From assembly GCA_036677645.1 (NCBI GenBank), contig JAVBWB010000017.1:107381-171380 (forward strand): DNA of 64,000 nt. Direction: 5' to 3'. Each line of letters begins with the position of its first letter. Position 1 is the stretch's first letter. The notes beneath the pieces were generated by a model. The model did not search any database, was not told the origin of the DNA, and saw nothing but the letters and a program-made list of their open reading frames with translations. A program made the translations under genes and the position numbers. The stretch is from Geobacteraceae bacterium (GTDB lineage Bacteria; Desulfobacterota; Desulfuromonadia; Geobacterales; Geobacteraceae). Below, piece by piece: positions 38,297-50,141 of this stretch.

Positions 38297-40369
38297 TCAG
38301 CACGTACTCTTCGTAAACTTCTTCATCCATCGCAGATGGCGGAAATATTCATCAGAATACTGGGTATCTATTGCAAAAAGCGTATACAGTTTTTCAAAGG
38401 GAATCGAATGCGATTCCATATATGAGACGGGGTACACCAGCACCGGGATTTCAAGATTATCGAATTTTGCTGACACGAGAGAAAGCACCATTCTGAACGT
38501 ATCAGCCTGGAATCCGTCTGCATCAACCACAAAAACTTTTATGGAACTTGTCAGATCCGACATGTTGAGCCCGGCATCCGACACATCAGCCATGATGACG
38601 GCCTTCAGTATGCCGCCCCTCTTGACCGCATACAGATGTCGCTCTTTCTTGAATCCGATTTCCCGGTACTCTCTGACAAGCGCCTCTTTTCCCAGCATGT
38701 CAGGTGTCAGGTCAAGCGCATGCATCATGACGCCGCCCGATTCATGTTCGTAGAAGAGCTGCAGCTCGACAAGATCTTCGCGGCAGATTTTCACCAGCTC
38801 CCAGGAGCCGGTCACCCCCCAGTCGGCAGGAGCGGCTTTCCGGAAATGAAAATAGGCAAAGTTGTCAACGGAGCACCCTTTCGGCTCGTTGAGCTCTCGC
38901 GCAAAGTTGCCGAAAACCCGGTTTGGAAACTTGTTGTCCGGGCGGAAATAACAAATCAAAAAGTTCATGTGCGCCGAAAGAAGGTTGCGGGAATCGATGA
39001 TCGAACGGCTCAACTGCTCAAGCACGATCAGCCCGGCTACGGTAAAGTCCGATCGCCGGCCTGCATGATGGTGAATGAGCCAGGTATTTTCATAAAATCG
39101 CAGCATCGCAATATGGCCGAATATCACCCCGCCATGCTGGTATATGAAATGACGCGCGATATGCGGATGCTGCGTATACAGCTTTGAATAGGTATTCTTA
39201 AACTGTTCCTTGTTGGCTTGCAGATATGCATATTTCTGAGGATAGAGGAAACCAGTTTCGAAAAAGAGATCCCACAATGACTCCAGATTCACCCTGTTGC
39301 AGACATACGAGTTCTGGTCACTTGCCTGATACAGCAACGCCAGCAGCCGCACATGATCCTGTATGCTCATGTCGAGAATCGCGAGTCCGCACTTTATGGT
39401 TGCTCCATCGACATTCATATCGGCGTTTCTGTAGATGACCTGGGCTTTGCAGGTAAACGCAGTAACATTGGCAAAATCGATCTGCAGTTCGGGAATGATC
39501 TTACCCACAACCAGGATGGAATTTTCCTCGCTTTCTTCGACGGAAAAACCTGAACCGGACAGGTCGACGACTTTCAGAATGACAAGCTTACCACTCAAGG
39601 GATCTGTAAAAATCACGTTCGGCGACGGGGTCAATGTGTGACGGGTACTCCGGAACTCCTTGGGCTTGAATCGGCTTTTGCTGTTGCCTTGCGGACTGAC
39701 GACAAGGTCACGTATCCTTTGGCCGCCAGTCTGCCTTACTATCCGACAATCTCCCGAATAGATCACCTCGTGGTCTTTTCTGAAAACCAGATGAACAGAG
39801 GAATCGGTGTTGATCCATTGGAATGACGTGGGAAAGGTATTGTGCAACTCGATGTGAAATGAAACGGGACTGAATTCGAGAAGTTTGCCGCCGAACATTA
39901 CTCCGTTCTGAAAGCATTCGACCTGTATATCCTCGGAGGATTGCCGGGATATCTTGCGGTTGCCGATGTTCAGGCAGAAGTCCGGGAGCTGGAAGGATAC
40001 CCCTTCTTCGTTGATTGAAAGAAGACGAGCTTCAACGAGGAGCGGCTGTCGGTGATCCGGAACCACGAAATTCACATAAGAATAGATTTTCAACTTATGC
40101 GCCAACCCTTGGGCATCGGCCCAGAGGCATTCAAGGTAGCCGTCCATACAGGGAAGCGGCTTGGCACGCAGCGAAACAGTGGTCTTGTATCTTGAGTGGG
40201 CGAGGTTGACGATTATGCTTTCATCATTGAAGTGCAGGTGGTTCAATCTGTTGATCAGGGACTTCCTGGAAACCGTTTTCTTCTTTTGTGCCGGGGCTGA
40301 TGTCGCATCGTCCGACGCGTCATGCTCTAAAGCTGTTACAGCATTATTTTTGCCGCAGGCTTCGAACAA
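38297..40369 (-). CDS. Multi-PilZ-like protein with uncharacterised C-terminal half (690 aa)
   Basis: TTG start with a strong GGAGGA SD 5 nt upstream. One repeat has RKISR (RxxxR) without a good DxSxxG; the next has DLSGSG (DxSxxG) without a clean RxxxR. The C-terminal approximately 340 aa have no motif I recognise. A 16-nt gap separates it from the downstream HD-GYP gene. Confidence 0.7.
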   Translation of the reverse strand: MFEACGKNNAVTALEHDASDDATSAPAQKKKTVSRKSLINRLNHLHFNDESIIVNLAHSRYKTTVSLRAKPLPCMDGYLECLWADAQGLAHKLKIYSYVNFVVPDHRQPLLVEARLLSINEEGVSFQLPDFCLNIGNRKISRQSSEDIQVECFQNGVMFGGKLLEFSPVSFHIELHNTFPTSFQWINTDSSVHLVFRKDHEVIYSGDCRIVRQTGGQRIRDLVVSPQGNSKSRFKPKEFRSTRHTLTPSPNVIFTDPLSGKLVILKVVDLSGSGFSVEESEENSILVVGKIIPELQIDFANVTAFTCKAQVIYRNADMNVDGATIKCGLAILDMSIQDHVRLLALLYQASDQNSYVCNRVNLESLWDLFFETGFLYPQKYAYLQANKEQFKNTYSKLYTQHPHIARHFIYQHGGVIFGHIAMLRFYENTWLIHHHAGRRSDFTVAGLIVLEQLSRSIIDSRNLLSAHMNFLICYFRPDNKFPNRVFGNFARELNEPKGCSVDNFAYFHFRKAAPADWGVTGSWELVKICREDLVELQLFYEHESGGVMMHALDLTPDMLGKEALVREYREIGFKKERHLYAVKRGGILKAVIMADVSDAGLNMSDLTSSIKVFVVDADGFQADTFRMVLSLVSAKFDNLEIPVLVYPVSYMESHSIPFEKLYTLFAIDTQYSDEYFRHLRWMKKFTKSTC

Positions 40370-40504
40370 GGCGTTCCTCCAGTATCAGCGCCATCGATAA
40401 ATTGTCACCCGCGCGATTTGGACACCCATTACTCCTGCGAAGCGGAGCAGGCAACGGGGCATCGACACAAGTCACCTATTTTCTCATTAACACACTAGTT
40501 TCTT

Positions 40505-40533
40505 CATTTACCACAAAAGGTTTTAGTGTGCAA
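40505..40533 (-). promoter_or_regulatory. Candidate sigma-70-like promoter for the PilZ/HD-GYP pair
   Basis: On the minus strand TTGCAC, 17 nt, then TAAATG. It sits in an AT-rich spacer about 135 nt upstream of the TTG start. Confidence 0.3.
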
Positions 40534-40630
40534 GCATTGAATTTTGTATGGATTTGCGATTTCCAACCGAACGGCTGAATCGCGGTTGTTTTAAATCGTC
40601 ATATTCCAATTAAATAATATTATTAATAAC

Positions 40631-40659
40631 AAAAAAAGGCGGGTTACCCCGCCTTTTTT
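40631..40659 (-). terminator. Intrinsic terminator after atpC (bidirectional shape)
   Basis: AAAAAAAGGCGGG-TTAC-CCCGCCTTTTTT lies 25 nt downstream of the atpC stop. Confidence 0.7.
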
Positions 40660-40683
40660 CAGCCATGTCTTTCCGTACTTACA

Positions 40684-41100
40684 CTATCGACGAGTTGCTT
40701 TTGATGCAACCTGCACCCTGATCAGCGCCCGCTGTAATGCAGATTCGTAGACAATGAAATCCCTGTCCTCCCTGGAAAGCTTCCTGAGCGCCTCCTCTGC
40801 GCGACCCAAAGCCGCCTTGGCGCGTTCCAGATCGATCTCGTCCGCACGTTCTGCGGTCTCGACCAAGATGGTAATCCTGTCGTCGACAACTTCGAAATAT
40901 CCCCAGTTCAAAGCCAGGTGGTTTATCTTTCCGTCCTTCGCATAGACAAGCTCGCCGATCTTCAAGGAGGTGAGGAGAGCGGCATGTCCCGGGAGAACGG
41001 TAAATTCACCCAGAACACCGGATGCGGTTACCGAATCGACTTCTTCCGTGAGGACTTTCCTGTAGGGTGTTACCAGTTCGAGAAGCAGTTTTTCCGCCAT
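40684..41100 (-). CDS. atpC: F1 ATP synthase subunit epsilon
   Basis: LELVTPYRKV...VTASGVLGEFTVLPGHAALLTSL matches the epsilon pattern. It is the last gene of the atp operon. Confidence 0.9.
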   Translation of the reverse strand: MAEKLLLELVTPYRKVLTEEVDSVTASGVLGEFTVLPGHAALLTSLKIGELVYAKDGKINHLALNWGYFEVVDDRITILVETAERADEIDLERAKAALGRAEEALRKLSREDRDFIVYESALQRALIRVQVASKATRR

Positions 41101-41184
41101 GTATGAATCCTTATCGGCCGTCTTTCGGCTTGCCGAAAGCGTCTCTCTTCCTTTTGCCTTGGTGCACTCCGTACTTTTATCAGC

Positions 41185-43540
<2,356 letters not shown>

Positions 43541-43560
43541 AGGGGCGGTTCCGTCCTTCT

Positions 43561-45081
<1,521 letters not shown>

Positions 45082-45624
45082 TCACCCCTTCTGTAATATA
45101 TCTTGAATCTTTATCAATTGCGTCCTGATGCTGCCGTCGAAAATCCTGTCGCCAATCCTGGTGACCACACCGCCGATAAGCCCGGGGTCCGCGGAAACGC
45201 TGAGCACGACTTTCTTGCCGGTCGCCTTTTCAAGGGCGCCGCGGAGGGCCGCCACCTGCGCTTCGGAAAGGGGCGCTGCGGACGTCACATCGGACCGGAG
45301 TATCCCTGCCGCTTCATCGGCGAAAGAGCGGTAGCTCGCCATTATGGCGCCGAGTTGGTCCAGCCGGTTCTTGTCGAGGAGCAGCAGCAGGAAGTCGCGA
45401 ATCGTCATGGAGACACCGAAGCGGGACGCCAGTTCTTTCACGATTTCACGCTTCGCTTCTATTCCGTACGAGGGGGTCGCAAAAAACTCGGCAGCCTCTG
45501 CGCCGGGAACGAGTGCCTGTGAAAACGCCACGAGCTCCGAATAAAACTTTTCCACGGTTTCCTGTTCAGCGGCCACCTGGATGAGCGCCTTGGCGTACCG
45601 ACGTGCAATAGCGTTCGTGCTCAA
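45082..45624 (-). CDS. atpH: F1 ATP synthase subunit delta (OSCP)
   Basis: IARRYAKALIQVA at the N-terminus and GGVVTRIGDRIFDGSIRTQL at the C-terminus. Confidence 0.9.
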   Translation of the reverse strand: MSTNAIARRYAKALIQVAAEQETVEKFYSELVAFSQALVPGAEAAEFFATPSYGIEAKREIVKELASRFGVSMTIRDFLLLLLDKNRLDQLGAIMASYRSFADEAAGILRSDVTSAAPLSEAQVAALRGALEKATGKKVVLSVSADPGLIGGVVTRIGDRIFDGSIRTQLIKIQDILQKG

Positions 45625-46232
45625 TGTACCTCCACCACCTTGTTCAGATATTCTTCAACAAATCGTGCCTGGTCGGCCGGGGTGACCGACCTGCTCAGAG
45701 TTTCCTCGGCAAGCCGGACTGCCAGCCGCGAAGTTTCGGCGCGAAGGCTCGCCCTGGCCATCTGCACTTCCTGCTGCGCATAGGCTTTGGCCTGCTCCCG
45801 TATTCTTTCGGCTGCCTCAATGGCCTCGGCAATGATGCGCGCTTTCTCGGCCTCGCCCTCCTGCCTGATTGCCTTCTGGATATTGTCGATCTCGAGGGTG
45901 GCCTTTTCCAGTTTTTCGCTGTACTCGGCAAGCTTCTCTTCCGCGGCTTCCCTGGCCTCCGCAGCCTCCTGGAGCGCCTTTGCCACTGCCGCCTGCCGCG
46001 AAGCAAGCAACCCTTGTATGTTTGCCTTCTTGGCGCCCCACGCCAGGATCGCCACCAGTATGGAGAAGGAGAGCAGGCGATAGCCGAAATCCTTCAGCTG
46101 CGCAGCCGAATCCGCATGGTGTACCGCTTCGGCGGCACAGGCGGTATGCGCCAGCCCGGCAAGCACGATGAAAAAGGCAAGCACGGGCACGAACGGCGCC
46201 TTGCCGGGGATTGTCACGGGACGACGTATCAT
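45621..46232 (-). CDS. atpF: Fo ATP synthase subunit b
   Basis: One TM segment followed by a long charged Ala/Glu/Lys-rich helix. Its position between b' and delta fits subunit b. Confidence 0.8.
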   Translation of the reverse strand: MIRRPVTIPGKAPFVPVLAFFIVLAGLAHTACAAEAVHHADSAAQLKDFGYRLLSFSILVAILAWGAKKANIQGLLASRQAAVAKALQEAAEAREAAEEKLAEYSEKLEKATLEIDNIQKAIRQEGEAEKARIIAEAIEAAERIREQAKAYAQQEVQMARASLRAETSRLAVRLAEETLSRSVTPADQARFVEEYLNKVVEVH

Positions 46233-46657
46233 GTCAGGCTCCTTCCGAGGACCTTTTCACTAATGATGCGGGAAAGCGAGTCCGCCTGGGCGCGCAGGAA
46301 CGATTCGGCCTCCCGGGCCTCTTTCCGGATCGAGCCCTGGAGAGTTTCCATGGCCTGGCTGGCCTCCTCGCGGGCGGCCCCGACAATCCGGGACTCCTCG
46401 GACCTGGCTTCGGCTATGAGCTTGTGTCGCTCCTCGCTGGCCGCGGCCTTTATGTCATGGAGTTTCTTTTCATAGCGAAGCATCTTTTCCTGCACTTCCA
46501 GGTCGACGGAAGCGGTTTTCTCTCTCGATGCCGACATTTCGGCGTCCCTGTCCGCCAGGACCTTCCTGATAGGCCTGTACAGCAGGACATTGAGGAGATA
46601 CATCAGGAGTAGAAAATTGACTGCCTGAAAGAGAAAAACTATGTCTATCTTGATCAT
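46229..46657 (-). CDS. Fo ATP synthase subunit b'
   Basis: The N-terminal TM is FQAVNFLLLMYLLNVLLYRPIRKVLADR, followed by a charged helix. It overlaps atpF by 4 nt. Confidence 0.8.
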   Translation of the reverse strand: MIKIDIVFLFQAVNFLLLMYLLNVLLYRPIRKVLADRDAEMSASREKTASVDLEVQEKMLRYEKKLHDIKAAASEERHKLIAEARSEESRIVGAAREEASQAMETLQGSIRKEAREAESFLRAQADSLSRIISEKVLGRSLT

Positions 46658-46869
46658 GCCTCACATCCCTCTCTGCCTGTTTGTCCCGCCGCGGACCCTG
46701 TCGGGGGATCTTGCCGCAAAACGTATGACAGGTACCATACGGCATCGCTGTTGTCAATCAATTTTTTAGCTTGAGTAAAATCTTTTTGTGCAAAAATAAA
46801 ATTAACGCCTCCCGGCAACCGGAACCGGAAGCATTCGCCTCAAAGCAGGAACATGCAATAATATTGGCC

Positions 46870-46901
46870 TATTACAAGACACCCCGGGCAAAAACCCGGG
46901 G
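46870..46901 (-). terminator. Possible terminator after parB
   Basis: On the minus strand CCCCGGG-TTTTTG-CCCGGGG is followed by a U-containing tail. It lies about 50 nt after the parB stop. Confidence 0.45.
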
Positions 46902-46953
46902 CATGTCCCGCAACAGTCAATTCGAGCGACAGCTCCTGAAAATAAAACACCGG

Positions 46954-47793
46954 TCAGGTCTCAAGCAGGTCAATCAGGCGGGCAAGATCATCTGCGTTTG
47001 AAAATGCAATTTCGATCCGCCCGCCCTTGCCGCTCTGCCGGATCGCCACCTTGGCCATGAAGCGTCGTTTGAGCCGATCCAGGACCGCGGTGATCTCGGG
47101 ACCGGGCGCAGCCTTCTGGCGGGAGTGCTTCTTCGACTTGAGGCGTCTGACCAGGTTTTCCGTTTCCCGCACCGAAAGGCGTCGTTTCAGGATTTCTCCA
47201 CGGGCCTGCGCCATCAGGTCGCTGGACTCCAGGGCAAGCAGAGCGCGTGCGTGGCCCATGGAAAGGCGTTCTTCCAGGATGTCCTGCTTGACGTCGGATG
47301 GCAGTTTCAGCAAGCGCAGCGAATTGGCAACGGTGGAGCGGTCCTTGCCGACCCTTTTCGCCATCTCCTCCTGGGAAAGGCGGAATTTTTCAATGAGGGC
47401 GTGAAACGCCTCGGCCTGTTCGATAGCATTGAGGTCTTCGCGCTGGATGTTTTCTATCAGGGCCATTTCCAGAGCCGTATCGTCGGAAACATCCTGTATG
47501 ACGACCGGCACTTCCTTCAGGCCGGCTTTCTGGGCAGCCCGCCAGCGCCGCTCCCCGGCAACCAGTTCATAATGCTCCGAGAGCCTTCTCACCACCAGAG
47601 GCTGGATAACCCCTTTTTCCCGGATGGAGTCGGCAAGCTCTTCCAGCTTGTCCGGCGCAAACCGCTTGCGCGGCTGATCCCGGTTGGGCTTGATCTCTTC
47701 GATCGGGCATGAAAAAAAGACCCTGCCCTCCTCCTCGACTACCGGCAGGAGAGCCGCCATCCCCTTGCCGAGACCGGTCTTCTTACTCATCAT
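46954..47793 (-). CDS. parB: Chromosome partitioning protein ParB
   Basis: GLGKGMAALL, PNRDQPRK, GVIQPLVVR and ELVAGERRWRAAQ (the ParB box). Confidence 0.95.
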   Translation of the reverse strand: MMSKKTGLGKGMAALLPVVEEEGRVFFSCPIEEIKPNRDQPRKRFAPDKLEELADSIREKGVIQPLVVRRLSEHYELVAGERRWRAAQKAGLKEVPVVIQDVSDDTALEMALIENIQREDLNAIEQAEAFHALIEKFRLSQEEMAKRVGKDRSTVANSLRLLKLPSDVKQDILEERLSMGHARALLALESSDLMAQARGEILKRRLSVRETENLVRRLKSKKHSRQKAAPGPEITAVLDRLKRRFMAKVAIRQSGKGGRIEIAFSNADDLARLIDLLET

Positions 47794-48556
47794 GGCCCTC
47801 TCTTTCTATGATCTCCCCGGCCAGCTCCAGATAACCGACCGCTCCCCGGGACGTAATGTCGTAAAGCAGTATCGGCTTGCCGTGGCTCGGCGCCTCAGAA
47901 AGCCTGACATTGCGCGGGATGACCGTGCGGAAAACCGAGTCGCCGAAATGGCTGCGGATCTCCTCGCTCACCTGCCGGGAAAGGTTGTTCCGCGCATCGA
48001 ACATGGTGAGCAGAATGCCCTCGATGTCGAGCGAGGGGTTGAGACCTTTCTTCACCAGCCTGATGGTTTTCAGCATCTTCGACAGACCTTCCATGGCGTA
48101 GAATTCGCACTGGAGAGGTATCAACACCGACGCAGCGGCAACAATCGAATTGATGGTCAACAATCCCAGGGAAGGAGGGCAATCAATGAGAACATACCGG
48201 TAGTTTCCGGCAAGGGCGGCAAGAACCCCGGCCAGCCTCCTTTCCCGTTCAGGCGCCGTTACCAGTTCGATCTCGGCGCCGGCGAGATCATCGGTGGCCG
48301 GCAGAATGTCCAGGTAAGCCAGATCGGTTTTCCTCACGATCGAAAAAGGGTCAGCCCCGTCGATCAAAGCGTGATAGATGCTTTGCCGGAGCGCTCCCCT
48401 CTCGATCCCGACACCGCTGCCGGCATTTCCCTGGGGGTCCATGTCCACCAGGAGCGTTTTTTTCTCGGCCGCAGCGAGAGATGCCGCAAGGTTGACCGCG
48501 GTCGTGGTCTTGCCGACGCCGCCTTTCTGATTTGCAATGCAGATTATTTTCGCCAT
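47783..48556 (-). CDS. parA: Chromosome partitioning ATPase ParA/Soj
   Basis: Deviant Walker A IANQKGGVGKTTT. The size is 257 aa, and it overlaps parB. Confidence 0.95.
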   Translation of the reverse strand: MAKIICIANQKGGVGKTTTAVNLAASLAAAEKKTLLVDMDPQGNAGSGVGIERGALRQSIYHALIDGADPFSIVRKTDLAYLDILPATDDLAGAEIELVTAPERERRLAGVLAALAGNYRYVLIDCPPSLGLLTINSIVAAASVLIPLQCEFYAMEGLSKMLKTIRLVKKGLNPSLDIEGILLTMFDARNNLSRQVSEEIRSHFGDSVFRTVIPRNVRLSEAPSHGKPILLYDITSRGAVGYLELAGEIIEREGHDE

Positions 48557-48827
48557 AGAGAAATAGTGGCCGCCCTGGCTTTGCAGCCTGCCGCCCTGGT
48601 ATGCCGGAGATGTTCCGAGGATATTCGACTCAGGGAAAATAGCACAAACAGGGTTGTTTTAGAAGTGATTTTTCGGAGCTTCCCCGGATTGTTTCATGAA
48701 ATGTTTCACGAGGCGGGAGCCCCGGCACGATCGGAACTTGCCCCCCCTCGCGCGGAACGGCAACACGGTTTTTCGGCGGCCGGGATGCACACTGATCGTG
48801 GCGGCTCCGTTCGCTCAAATAGGGACA

Positions 48828-49805
48828 TCAGCCCACTTTCAGCAACCTTGCCACATCCTTTGCATGGTAGGTGAGGATGATGTCGGCGCCGGCCCGCTTG
48901 AACGCAACCATCGTCTCCATCACCACCCGCTCCTCGTCTATCCAGCCGTTCCGGGCAGCCGCCTTGACCATGCTGTACTCGCCGGACACATTGTAGACCG
49001 CCACGGGCAGATCGAATTCGTTCCTGATCTCGCGCACGATGTCCAGGTACGGAAGGCCCGGTTTCACCATGATGATGTCGGCTCCTTCCTCCACGTCCAT
49101 GGCCGCTTCGCGGATCGCTTCGCGCCGGTTGGCCGGGTCCATCTGGTAGGAGCGGCGGTCGCCGAACCGGGGAGCCGACTCGGCGGCATCACGGAACGGA
49201 CCGTAGTAACCGGAGGCGTATTTCACCGCGTAGCTCATGATCGGCACTCTTTCAAACCCGTTGGCGTCCAGTGCCTGGCGGATCGCGCCGATGCGGCCGT
49301 CCATCATGTCCGACGGCGCCACCATGTCCGCGCCCGCCTCCGCATGAGACAGGGCCTCGCGGCTGAGAAGCTCCAAAGTGGCGTCGTTGTCCACGTCGCC
49401 ATCCCTGATCACGCCGCAGTGGCCATGGTCGGTATATTCGCACATGCAGACATCGGTGATGACCGCAAGGCCGGGAACATGCTTTTTCAGCGCCCGGACA
49501 GCCTCCTGGACGACCCCGTCAGCCCGGAAAGCCTGGCTCCCCGTTGCATCCTTGCTTTCCGGAATGCCGAAAAGGATGACCGCCGGGACGCCCGCTTCAT
49601 GGGCCTCCTGCGCCTCGGCAACGATGTTCTCAACCGATTGCTGATAAATGCCGGGCATGGAGGAGACCTCCTTGCGCACGCTCTGGCCGTAAGTGGCGAA
49701 CATGGGATAGACCAGGTCATCCGCCGACAGCGCCGTCTCGCGCACCATGCGGCGAAAAACCTCTTTGCCCCTGATCCTGCGGGATCGGTAGGTGGGAAAA
49801 TGCAT
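48828..49805 (-). CDS. hemB: Porphobilinogen synthase (delta-aminolevulinate dehydratase)
   Basis: RPRRIR-like RSRRIR, DVCMCEYTDHGHCG (Zn site), and the active-site region PYLDIV...MVKP. A GGAGG SD precedes the ATG at 49805. Confidence 0.93.
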   Translation of the reverse strand: MHFPTYRSRRIRGKEVFRRMVRETALSADDLVYPMFATYGQSVRKEVSSMPGIYQQSVENIVAEAQEAHEAGVPAVILFGIPESKDATGSQAFRADGVVQEAVRALKKHVPGLAVITDVCMCEYTDHGHCGVIRDGDVDNDATLELLSREALSHAEAGADMVAPSDMMDGRIGAIRQALDANGFERVPIMSYAVKYASGYYGPFRDAAESAPRFGDRRSYQMDPANRREAIREAAMDVEEGADIIMVKPGLPYLDIVREIRNEFDLPVAVYNVSGEYSMVKAAARNGWIDEERVVMETMVAFKRAGADIILTYHAKDVARLLKVG

Positions 49806-50141
49806 AAAACCTCCGCTCAATTGCGCGATTAACCGCCGGATGAATGGAAACGCTCCAGGATCATGTTCCGGCAGGATACAGGTTGTTCCTTGGTTTGCAT
49901 TCTACCACCCCTGGGAACGGAAATGCAACCAGGCTGCCTGTTGCCTTCAAGCGGGAGTGTCCGCCTTGGGAATACGGCCTCTTTAACTTCAGCGGTGTGG
50001 ATCCGGAATCTGCGAAGCAAAGTGCACAAAAAATATTTATACGGTAGAATCATCCTGTCACCTCGACATCCTGGCGGCGGACGGGTCCAATGCGGTTTGA
50101 AAGCAAGCGATTCCGCTTGCGGATTGGAAAGGCTTCCACAC

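Noticed and set aside
47684-49832. 396-aa and 378-aa plus-strand ORFs
   Set aside because: They are antisense to parA and hemB respectively, and the sense-strand genes are certain.
49912-49927. Sigma-54-like TGGGAACGGAAATGCA upstream of the GNAT-kinase gene
   Set aside because: The GG/GC spacing is correct, but both the -24 (TGGGAA) and -12 (ATGCA) elements deviate. It also lies more than 200 nt from the start, which is too weak to call.
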